Shown here: one piece after another, positions 56,332-64,000 of the stretch
How the letters are laid out: every line of letters starts with the position of its first letter
Position numbering within the stretch: position 1 is the stretch's first letter
Source of the DNA: Phenylobacterium sp.
GTDB taxonomy: Bacteria; Pseudomonadota; Alphaproteobacteria; Caulobacterales; Caulobacteraceae
Length of the DNA: 64,000 bases
Assembly: GCF_037968635.1 (NCBI RefSeq)
Contig: NZ_JBBKVV010000104.1
Span: forward strand, 86 to 64,085
Reading direction: 5' to 3'
Program-made: the position numbers and the translations under genes
The notes under the pieces: model-generated
The model's database searches: none
The model's input: only the letters and a program-made list of their open reading frames with translations
What the model was told of the DNA's origin: nothing

Positions 56332-57326
56332 AGCCGGAACACCACCTTGCCCGAGGTCTCCCCACGCTCCATCGCGGCCTGGACCTTGGCGATGTCCTCG
56401 ATGGGGTGGATCACCGGGGCGGTCAGGGGCTCGGTCTTCAGCCAGTCCTTCACATAGGCCTGCGCCCGCGCCATTTCCGGCGAGCCGGCATAGGGGATGA
56501 TCGAGAACGGCAGGATGGCGATCGAGTCGTAGGAGTACTCGAAGGGGTTCACCGCCTCCGTCCCGCCCGGCGTGCCGTACAGGACCCAGCGGCCCAGGCG
56601 GCGGATCACCCGGCGGTCAGTCTTCAGCGTCGCCCCCCCGACGCCGTTCAGAGCCACGTGCACGCCGGCCGGAGGGGCCCCCGGCGCGAATCCCGCCGGC
56701 TTGACGCCAGCAATCTTGCCGACCTCGGCCACATAGTCGTGCGTCTTGTAATTGATGGCGTGATCGGCGCCGTTGGCCAGCACCTGGGCGACCTTCTCGT
56801 CGGACCCGGCCAAGCCGATAACGGTGACATTCTGGAACTTCCTTTTCAGGATCTGCACCACCAGCATGCCCACGCCACCGGCCGCAGCGTGGACCAGAAC
56901 CGTCTCGCCCTCCTGGACCTTGGCCCACTCGTAAACCAGCATGTAGGCGGTGGGCAGGTTGACCCGGGTGACCAGCATGGTCTCCAGCGGCACGTGGTCT
57001 GGCACCCGCCCCACCGCGGCCACCGGCGCCCGCAGGAACGCCGCATAGGCGCCCCCCTGCGGCTGGGCCACGACGCGGTCACCGACCGTCAAGTGGCTGA
57101 CGCCCTCCCCCAGTTCGGCCACGACGCCCACCGCCTCCATGCCGGGCACGAAGGCGCCGGTCTGGGTGCGCACCGGGATGCCCTTGCGGCCCATGATGTC
57201 ACCCCACCGCAAACCGGCGAACGCGACCTCGATCAACACCTCGCCGGCGCGAGGGCTGGGCTTGGGCAGATCGACGATCTGGAAGTTCTCCGCCGGACCG
57301 TATTCGCTGAGTTGCGCCGCCTTCAT
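56328..57326 (-). CDS. MDR family NADPH:quinone oxidoreductase-like protein
   Basis: 'VPGMEAVG', 'VLVHAAAGGVG', 'GADHAINY', 'GKVV'. Confidence 0.92.
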   Translation of the reverse strand: MKAAQLSEYGPAENFQIVDLPKPSPRAGEVLIEVAFAGLRWGDIMGRKGIPVRTQTGAFVPGMEAVGVVAELGEGVSHLTVGDRVVAQPQGGAYAAFLRAPVAAVGRVPDHVPLETMLVTRVNLPTAYMLVYEWAKVQEGETVLVHAAAGGVGMLVVQILKRKFQNVTVIGLAGSDEKVAQVLANGADHAINYKTHDYVAEVGKIAGVKPAGFAPGAPPAGVHVALNGVGGATLKTDRRVIRRLGRWVLYGTPGGTEAVNPFEYSYDSIAILPFSIIPYAGSPEMARAQAYVKDWLKTEPLTAPVIHPIEDIAKVQAAMERGETSGKVVFRL

Positions 57327-57395
57327 GTGTCTCGCCTCCTGTTGAGTTCAGGAGGACTAGCGGGCGGATGGGGCTCGATATACTGAATTCCAAGC

Positions 57396-58316
57396 ATGAG
57401 TGATATTGGATTTCAGAATATCCGGAAACTGGACGGCGGCCTGCTGCTGGTGTTCCGCGAGTTGATGCGCCAAGGCCGCGCCACCGCTGCGGCTGAACGG
57501 CTGGGCCTGTCGCAATCGGGAGTCAGCCACGCCCTGGCCCGCCTGCGCGAGGTGTTCGGCGACCCCCTGTTCATCCGCCGTCCGCATGGGCTGGAGCCGA
57601 CCCGGCGAGCCCTCGAGCTGGCGCCGCGCATCGAGGCCCTGATCGATGCGGCTCAGGACCTGGTGGGCGGCGCGCCCGCCTTCGAGCCGGCCCACTCCGA
57701 GCGGCAGTTCCATATCGGCGCGGCGGACTTCGTGGCGGCCTTGCTGGCCGCCCCGCTGCTGGCCGCGGTCCAGGCCGAGGCGCCGCGCGCCGCCATATCC
57801 TTCCGCTTCGCAGTGGGGGACGCAGCCCTGGACGCGCTTCGGCGCGGCGAGGTCGACCTGGCGCTGGGACGCTTCGCGAAGCTCCCTGAGCCGCTGAAAC
57901 GGGAGCGTATCCTGCGGGGCTGCTACGCCGTGGCCGGCCGCGCGGGCCACCCGGCCTTCGAGGGCGGCCTGACCCTGCAAAAGTTCGCCGAGCTGGGGCA
58001 TATCATGGTTGGCGCCGGCGCGACTCCCGCCGCGCCCCTGGCCGACGCGGTCCTCACCGAGCTAGGGGTCAAGCGACGGGTGGTGGCGCATACGACCCAG
58101 TTCATGACCGCCTTCACCATCGCCGCCGCCACCGACGCCGTGGTCACCGCGCCAGCGCCCTTGGCCGAACGGTATGCGCGGGCCTTTGGACTGGAGGTGG
58201 TGACGACCCCCTTCCCCTCGCCTGTGCTGGAGGTCTTCGCCGTCCATCGCATCGGCGCGAGCCCAGACCCGGCCCTGCCGTGGCTGTTGGCTCAGGTCCG
58301 AAGGGCCGCCGCCTGA
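57396..58316 (+). CDS. LysR family transcriptional regulator
   Basis: 'ATAAAERLGLSQSGVSHALARLREVFGDPLFIR..GLEPT'. Confidence 0.95.
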   Translation: MSDIGFQNIRKLDGGLLLVFRELMRQGRATAAAERLGLSQSGVSHALARLREVFGDPLFIRRPHGLEPTRRALELAPRIEALIDAAQDLVGGAPAFEPAHSERQFHIGAADFVAALLAAPLLAAVQAEAPRAAISFRFAVGDAALDALRRGEVDLALGRFAKLPEPLKRERILRGCYAVAGRAGHPAFEGGLTLQKFAELGHIMVGAGATPAAPLADAVLTELGVKRRVVAHTTQFMTAFTIAAATDAVVTAPAPLAERYARAFGLEVVTTPFPSPVLEVFAVHRIGASPDPALPWLLAQVRRAAA

Positions 58317-58543
58317 GCTGAGGGCCTTCGTCAGCACGCCGGATGCCGGCCGCGCCGCGCGCCTCGGCGTGCCCTGGCGTTTACTTGGCCGAACCGTCCG
58401 TTCCGCATGACGGAACTTCATTCCGCTTATTGGAATCGACACACGCCTTGTGTCACCATGTCTCCGCCGTCGCGCACGGCGGCGTCGGGCGGTTCAAGAC
58501 CTGAAGGCGCCCGAAACCCGCAATCCCAGGCCCCGGAGCCGCC

Positions 58544-60115
58544 ATGACCGCCGACCGCCCCGAACCTTCGCCCGCCGCCACCCGCAGCGCGGAGTCCAAA
58601 CTGTTTCCCATCGTCGAGACCGCCGAGGGCAAGGTGCGGGGCCTGAGGTCGGGCCGGATCTCCATCTTCAAGGGCCTGCGCTACGGCGCCGACAGTTCCG
58701 GCGCGAACCGATTCCTGCCGCCGCAGCCGGTGGCGCCGTGGGCGGGCGTCCGGGACGCCCTGGACTATGGCAATATCGCCCCGCAGATTCCTGGGGACCG
58801 ACGGCACGCCTATGCTGATCTGATCCTGAACGATGTGCAGCCGGGCGGCATGGGCGAGGACTGCCTGGTGCTGAACCTCTGGACGCCCGATCCCAGCCCG
58901 AGCGCCAAGCGGCCGGTGATCGTGCGGTTCCATGGCGGCGGCTTCTACGGCGGCTCCAGCAACAATCCCGGCGGCGACGGCGAGATGCTGGCGCGGTTCG
59001 GCGACTGTGTCGTGGTGACCGTGAACCACCGCCTCAGCGCCCTGGGCTATCTCTACCTGGGCGACGACGGCCCGCTCGCCGACTCCGGGGCCGCCGGCAT
59101 GCAGGACCTGGTGGCGTCGCTGCAATGGGTGGCGCGCAATGTGGCGGCCTTCGGCGGCGATCCCTCCCGTGTCCTCATCGTCGGTCAGTCCGGCGGGGGC
59201 GCAAAGGTGAGCCACCTGCTGGCGATGCCGAACGCCAAGGGCCTGTTCTCCAGCGCCGGGGTGATGAGCGGCTCGCGGCTGACCGCCATGACCCGCGAAC
59301 AGGGCGCCAAGGCCGCCGACCTGTTGCTGCGCCAGCTTGGCCTGAGGGCCGACCAGATCAAGGAATTGCGGGCCGTGCCCTTCGCCACGCTCCTGGCCGC
59401 CCAGGCCGAGGTCGAGGCGGAAGACCGGGCGCGCGGTGAGGCGCCCAGGTCCTTCGCGCCGGTCATCGGCGACGCGATCCCCCGCCATCCCTTCACCCCG
59501 GGCGCGCCGCCGGAGTCCCTGGACATCCCTCTGGTGATCTCCACCGCCCTGGACGAACGCACCTATCGCGAGACCCGGTTCGACATGGGCTGGGACGAGG
59601 TCCGCAAGAACCTCGAGCGCCGGGTCGGCGCCGACGCCGACATGCTGCTCTCCGCCTATCGCGATGAGGATCCAAACACGACCGCCTTCATCATCAACGC
59701 CCGGATCAACTCCGACACCACCTTCCGGCTGGGCGCCGAGACGATGCTGGAGCGTCGGCTCGCGGGCGGGGGCGCCCCGACCTGGTCCTACCTTTGGTCC
59801 AGCCCCAGTCCCGCATTCGGTGGCCGCTATGGCGCCGTGCACGGGATCGATGTCGCCTATTCCATGCACGACATCCGCTTCCCGCTCGCCGGGCCAACCG
59901 ACGACAATCTGCGGCTGGCCGACGAGATCGCCTCGGCCTGGGTCGCCCTCGCGGCCACCGGCGCGCCAACCAATCCCAAGACCCCGGCCTGGCCGGCCTA
60001 TGACCTCACCGACCGCAACACCCTGGTCTTCGGCCAACCGACCCAGACCCAGAGCGATCCTCGCAAATTCTTCCGAGAATACTGGGGCAAGGCTTCAGCG
60101 GCCAAGCGCGCCTGA
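58544..60115 (+). CDS. Type-B carboxylesterase/lipase
   Basis: 'EDCLVLNLWTP', 'HGGGF', 'FGGDP', 'GQSGG', 'AVHGID'. Confidence 0.95.
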   Translation: MTADRPEPSPAATRSAESKLFPIVETAEGKVRGLRSGRISIFKGLRYGADSSGANRFLPPQPVAPWAGVRDALDYGNIAPQIPGDRRHAYADLILNDVQPGGMGEDCLVLNLWTPDPSPSAKRPVIVRFHGGGFYGGSSNNPGGDGEMLARFGDCVVVTVNHRLSALGYLYLGDDGPLADSGAAGMQDLVASLQWVARNVAAFGGDPSRVLIVGQSGGGAKVSHLLAMPNAKGLFSSAGVMSGSRLTAMTREQGAKAADLLLRQLGLRADQIKELRAVPFATLLAAQAEVEAEDRARGEAPRSFAPVIGDAIPRHPFTPGAPPESLDIPLVISTALDERTYRETRFDMGWDEVRKNLERRVGADADMLLSAYRDEDPNTTAFIINARINSDTTFRLGAETMLERRLAGGGAPTWSYLWSSPSPAFGGRYGAVHGIDVAYSMHDIRFPLAGPTDDNLRLADEIASAWVALAATGAPTNPKTPAWPAYDLTDRNTLVFGQPTQTQSDPRKFFREYWGKASAAKRA

Positions 60116-60490
60116 CGCCGCACCCTTGAGAGTATCATCGCCATCAGGCCGCCGCCTCGGTTAGTTCAAGGCTTGCCCTGCCAACTCGGGACCGCGTCGT
60201 GGATCAGAAGACAGCCCTTGGCCCGAACGCCGAGCAGAGTTTCGAGTTTAGCGCCTCGGCGGCGTTGGCTGTCTCGGGCCGGAGGAACACCAGCCGGCAC
60301 CTAGAGGAACAAGGCAGACATCACCACCCTGCCCGCATCGCATGATTTCTCACGCGTGCGGGCAGCGTGGGGCGCTTTAGAGGAACATCCCCAGTTCGCT
60401 TAGCCGCCACGTCTCGCGCGCGCATTGTGAGGATGGTTCGCCGCTAAGGTGATCATGACTCACGCATGCATCGAGAGGGGTTGGGGGGAG

Positions 60491-60937
60491 TTAGGTGTGA
60501 CGGGCGAACACCCGATATTTGCCGCCAGGGAGTATGAGCAGGGTATTGTAGGGCTCTCGCTTCCCATCGCGACGCTCCATGCCAGGAGAGCCGTCAGGCA
60601 TGCCCGGGACCGAGATTCCGATCGCTTTGGGGCGCTCCAGAAGCATGCGATTGAGGTCGACAATCGGCACATGGCCCACAGTCACGTAGTCGTCCACAAC
60701 GCCCATGTGGCAGGACGAGAGTTCATCCGGCACGCCGCGTTTGCGCCATTCGACGCTCAGGTCTTCCACCGCCATCACTTGCGGCCGAAATCCGGCGCGC
60801 CTTACATGTGTGATCCATCCCTCGCAGCAGGCGCACCCTGCGGCCTTGTAGATCGCGATCGCCCGTCCGGGCGCCGCTTCGGCGCGCACCGCCCACGCGC
60901 CAGCCGCTAGGCCGGCCACAAAACAGCGACGGCGCAT
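60491..60937 (-). CDS. DUF411 / CopG-like periplasmic metal-binding protein
   Basis: 'YKAAGCACCEGW', 'LSSCH', 'GHVP', 'VPGMPDGSPGME'. Confidence 0.9.
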   Translation of the reverse strand: MRRRCFVAGLAAGAWAVRAEAAPGRAIAIYKAAGCACCEGWITHVRRAGFRPQVMAVEDLSVEWRKRGVPDELSSCHMGVVDDYVTVGHVPIVDLNRMLLERPKAIGISVPGMPDGSPGMERRDGKREPYNTLLILPGGKYRVFARHT

Positions 60938-60940
60938 GTC

Positions 60941-61135
60941 TTAGTGCTTGTGCTCAGGCTCGACCTGCGGGGTCTCCGTCGGCTTCGGAGCGGCGGCCTC
61001 GTCCTTCATCCTGTCACAGCACTCCATCTTCTCGCCGTCCTTGCAACAGGCGCACTTCTCGGCGGCCATCGCGGCCCCGGTTCCGAGCACAGTCATGGCG
61101 ATGGCGATGGCTGCAGTTTTGGCTAGAGTCTTCAT
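60941..61135 (-). CDS. Small secreted Cys-rich protein (64 aa)
   Basis: Signal peptide, then 'CACC...MECCDRM...EHKH'. GGAGG RBS. Confidence 0.75.
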   Translation of the reverse strand: MKTLAKTAAIAIAMTVLGTGAAMAAEKCACCKDGEKMECCDRMKDEAAAPKPTETPQVEPEHKH

Positions 61136-61460
61136 AGTCGCACCCTCCAAATAGCCTAAGAGCGTTGCGCTCAGGATGATCGTAACCCGCTCACCAGGCG
61201 CGCGAAAGCTACTCTGATGCTCCAAGCCGACTGGGCATCCGTCGCAGATTTTGCCCCTGGCCGACGCCCTTGCTTGGGCGCGCCTCGGCTTCTGCACCAT
61301 GGCCCGCTAGCCGACCGAAACCTCGTGCCGGTCGCACTCTCCGTTCGTCTGCGGCGGCACTTGATCCGCCACCTAGGCCTGCATTGACGACAGATAAGGG
61401 ATTGTCCGTCCTGTTGCGTATGTTCGACAGAGACCGATCTCAGCCAATGGGAATTTGACG

Positions 61461-61826
61461 ATGCGCCGACACCTCACCTTCGCAGGCCTTGCCGCCAGCG
61501 CCGCGCTGCTTCTCGCGGGCCAGGCCGCAGCTCATGCCCACCTCGTGACATCGACCCCGGACGCCAACGCGACGGTCGCGTCGCCGACGGTCATCAGCCT
61601 GACCTTCAATGAGAAGCTGACCCCCGCGTTCTCCAAATTCGAGCTCAGCATGCCCGCGATGAACGGCATGAAGGTCAAGATGAAAACCACCGTGTCCAAG
61701 GACCACCTGACCATCGTGGGCAAGCCCCAGGGCAAGCTGATGCCGGGCGCCTATGTGATCACCTGGCACGCGGCGACGGGTGACGGCCACAAGATGGACG
61801 GCGTCGTCCCCTTCACGGTGAAGTAG
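61461..61826 (+). CDS. copC: Periplasmic copper-binding protein CopC
   Basis: Mature N-terminal His 'AHA|HLVTSTP', Met-rich loop, 'WHAATGDGHKMDG'. Confidence 0.92.
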   Translation: MRRHLTFAGLAASAALLLAGQAAAHAHLVTSTPDANATVASPTVISLTFNEKLTPAFSKFELSMPAMNGMKVKMKTTVSKDHLTIVGKPQGKLMPGAYVITWHAATGDGHKMDGVVPFTVK

Positions 61827-61829
61827 CGC

Positions 61830-62756
61830 GTGCTCGAGCCTGCGGTCATCGTCCTCAGGCTTTTGGAGTTCGCGGGCGCGATGATCCTCTTCGGATCATC
61901 GCTCTTCCTGATCTACGCCCTGCCCCATGACGGCGCGGGATCAGGTGCGGAGTTGGGCTGGCCGCGAAAGGTTCTGTCCTGGGCGGCCGGTGTCGTGCTG
62001 GCGGCCAGTGTGGTGGGCCTCTTGGCCCACACCTCGATCCTCGCCGGATCGGTTCGTGAGGGCATGACCGCGTCGTCCCTGTCGGCCGTGATGACCACCA
62101 TGTCGATGGGGCCTTCGACGCTGATCCGGGCTGGCGCCGCGGCGCTGGCGCTCGTGGTCCTGGCGCGGCGGGTCAGCCGCGCAACCTGGCAGCTCTGCGC
62201 CGGCCTGGGCGCCGTCATCAGCGCGAGCTTCGCCTGGATGGGTCATGGCGCCGCCACCGAGGGAGCGCCGGGCCTGCTGCACCTGAGCGCCGATATCCTT
62301 CACACCCTGGCTGCGAGCGCCTGGATCGGCGCGCTTGTGGGGTTCTTCCTTCTTCTTCGACCCCGGCCGCCTTCGGTCATTCTGGACCGGGTGCTGCACA
62401 AGGCCCTCCATGGCTTCTCCGGCGTCGGTACGGGCCTAGTCGCCGTGATTGTCGCTACCGGTCTGGTCAACAGCTGGTTCCTGGTCGGACCCGCCCGCAT
62501 TTCCGGCCTCTGGACCACACCATATGGCCAGCTGCTCTCATTGAAACTCGTGCTGTTCGTCAGCATGCTGGCGCTTGCGGCCGCCAATCGCTTCCGCCTG
62601 ACGCCAGCGCTCGGCGCGGCCGTCGATGGCGGCCAGGCAAGCGGTCAGGCGCTCGACGCGCTGCGCCGCAGCCTGATCCTCGAGACAGCTCTCTCCATTC
62701 TGGTGTTGGGCCTGGTGGCCTGGCTCGGCACGCTGGCCCCGGTCTCCGCCGGGTAG
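61830..62756 (+). CDS. copD: Copper resistance inner-membrane protein CopD
   Basis: Multiple TM segments, 'WMGHG', 'HTLAASAWIG', 'YGQLLSLK', 'NRFRLTP'. Confidence 0.92.
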   Translation: MLEPAVIVLRLLEFAGAMILFGSSLFLIYALPHDGAGSGAELGWPRKVLSWAAGVVLAASVVGLLAHTSILAGSVREGMTASSLSAVMTTMSMGPSTLIRAGAAALALVVLARRVSRATWQLCAGLGAVISASFAWMGHGAATEGAPGLLHLSADILHTLAASAWIGALVGFFLLLRPRPPSVILDRVLHKALHGFSGVGTGLVAVIVATGLVNSWFLVGPARISGLWTTPYGQLLSLKLVLFVSMLALAAANRFRLTPALGAAVDGGQASGQALDALRRSLILETALSILVLGLVAWLGTLAPVSAG

Positions 62757-62783
62757 TCGGGGCCTCGGTCGTCCAAGGACGCG

Positions 62784-63968
62784 CTAGAAGAAGCTCCTCA
62801 CGCCGAATACGACGCTCTTGTCCTCGACGCCCTCACCCAGGGCGCGGGCATAGTCGGCGGTCCGGCCGACTTTCCGCTCCCAGGAGACGCCGATATAGGG
62901 CGCGAACTCGCGCCGGATCTCGTAACGAAGGCGGAGGCCGACTTCGGCGTTTGACAGGCCTGACCCTGTACCCGTGGCGCGGTCGTCCTGGGCGGCGAAG
63001 TTCAGCTCGGCGCGGGGCTGGAGGATCCAGCGGTTGGTCAGCCGCAGGTCGTAGCTGCCCTCCAGCCGCCCTAGCAGATCGCCCTTGGTCGAGAGGAACG
63101 CCGCGCCCTCGACCTCGAACCAATAGGGCAGCAGGGTCTCAAAGCCTACGGTGGCATAGGTGCGGCCGCGCGGCTTGAAGTCCTGTCGGACTCCAAGCTG
63201 GACGTCGGTGTAGACGCCGACCGCGCGCGAATAGAGCGCCTGCAGCTCGGCGCTTTCGACACCTTCCCCCGAGGTCCCCTCGCCTTCGGTCTTGACGACG
63301 AAGCGGTGGATGTCGCTGCCGAACCAGGCCTCACCTTCCCAGCGGTAGCCGTCAACGCCCTTACGCGCCTGGTGCTCGGCGAGGCTGACCATCACCTTGG
63401 AGACCGGCATCGCCCCGTGCTCTCGCCGCAGTTGGGTCCGCGCCGCCGCCATGGCTCCTGGAGAAAAGTAACGATCAGCAGCGTGATCTGACGGCGCTGG
63501 AGGCGGCGGCGTCTTCGGGACAACGATCTCACTCAGCAATTGCTGGCGGTCGACGGCTCCGGGCGGCGGCGGCGCCCGCGTCACGGCATGATCCGTGGGC
63601 GGAGCTCCAGGCGCCATTGTGTGCCCGGCGTGTGGGTCGGGCGCGGCGGGCATCGTGTGGCCAGCGTGAGGATCGGGTGCGGTCGGCATGGTGTGCCCCG
63701 CGTGGGGATCTGGCGTAGCGGGCATCGTGTGGCCAGCGTGGGGATCGGCCACCGGGGGTTTGGCGTGCCCGGCGTGCGGGGCCGCCGCGGCCGCTGGCTT
63801 TGACGCCGGTTTCCTGGTCTTGGCCGTTTTGGCCGGAGGCTTATTCGCGGTCGCCGTCGTAGGCGCCGGCATGCTCATGCCGTGCATCTTCGAGTGATCC
63901 ATCGGCTGGGCCAGGGCTGGCGCGGCCAGGACGAGCGGCACGAGCGCGATCAGAGCGAGACGGTTCAT
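62784..63968 (-). CDS. copB: Outer-membrane copper resistance protein CopB
   Basis: His/Met-rich N-terminus; barrel 'RWEGEAWFG', 'ILQPRAEL', 'GLRLRYEIRREFAPYIGV'. Confidence 0.95.
   Translation of the reverse strand: MNRLALIALVPLVLAAPALAQPMDHSKMHGMSMPAPTTATANKPPAKTAKTRKPASKPAAAAAPHAGHAKPPVADPHAGHTMPATPDPHAGHTMPTAPDPHAGHTMPAAPDPHAGHTMAPGAPPTDHAVTRAPPPPGAVDRQQLLSEIVVPKTPPPPAPSDHAADRYFSPGAMAAARTQLRREHGAMPVSKVMVSLAEHQARKGVDGYRWEGEAWFGSDIHRFVVKTEGEGTSGEGVESAELQALYSRAVGVYTDVQLGVRQDFKPRGRTYATVGFETLLPYWFEVEGAAFLSTKGDLLGRLEGSYDLRLTNRWILQPRAELNFAAQDDRATGTGSGLSNAEVGLRLRYEIRREFAPYIGVSWERKVGRTADYARALGEGVEDKSVVFGVRSFF
63615..63750 (-). repeat. Four imperfect 36-bp tandem repeats encoding (P)DPHAGHTMP in CopB
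   Basis: Units start at 63615, 63651, 63687 and 63723 on the + strand. Confidence 0.9.
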
Positions 63969-64000
63969 GCCGCACCTCCAGCGAGGGGCCGAACGCTGAA
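63965..64000 (-). CDS. copA: 3' end of a gene translationally coupled to copB; probably multicopper oxidase CopA (partial)
   Basis: FSVRPLAGGAA-TGA with ATGA overlap on copB. Identity inferred from the copAB order only. Confidence 0.55.
   Translation of the reverse strand, partial: FSVRPLAGGAA

Noticed and set aside
60282-60410. GGAAC as ECF (SigT-type) -35 elements
   Set aside because: No CGTT-like -10 at the expected spacing after any of the three copies.
63615-63750. 36-bp periodic repeats as a possible CRISPR array
   Set aside because: Adjacent repeats with no unique spacers, in frame inside copB. No cas genes; the Cas2-like IS passenger has no array nearby.
1-64000. tRNA/tmRNA/rRNA genes as integration targets
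   Set aside because: No cloverleaf or rRNA-like sequence recognised. The island junction is explained by dusA instead.

Overview
High-GC alphaproteobacterial chromosome segment. It is most likely Caulobacteraceae (Phenylobacterium/Caulobacter-like); this is inferred from a Cle-type c-di-GMP receiver, an hfsL-like locus and copAB. (1) Bases 1-~17.3 kb are the right part of a genomic island integrated in the 5' end of dusA. The junction is a stranded DusA N-terminus (MPVPFSPHRLSIAPMMDW-stop, 17304-17360, minus strand). The island carries an ECF sigma factor, a MOBQ mobilisation module (traA, oriT/nic, traC/traD-like, traG/virD4) and a dense defence/TA cargo. The cargo comprises an MNT-HEPN fusion, a 1021-aa PD-(D/E)xK nuclease-STAND NTPase, a Gabija-like OLD nuclease + UvrD pair, and a wHTH-PIN operon divergent from an excisionase-like HTH. 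(2) 17.4-60.1 kb is mostly core metabolic and envelope genes. It is interrupted at 22.6-26.3 kb by an orphan GHH/HNH toxin-immunity pair and a complete IS1595-family element (26-bp perfect TIRs, 8-bp TSD) carrying three passenger ORFs. (3) 60.1-64 kb is a copper-resistance cluster (DUF411, small Cys-rich secreted protein, copCD, copB, 3' end of copA), possibly the edge of a second acquired region. No rRNA, tRNA or CRISPR array was recognised. All family assignments come from motif recognition by eye, not from database searches.
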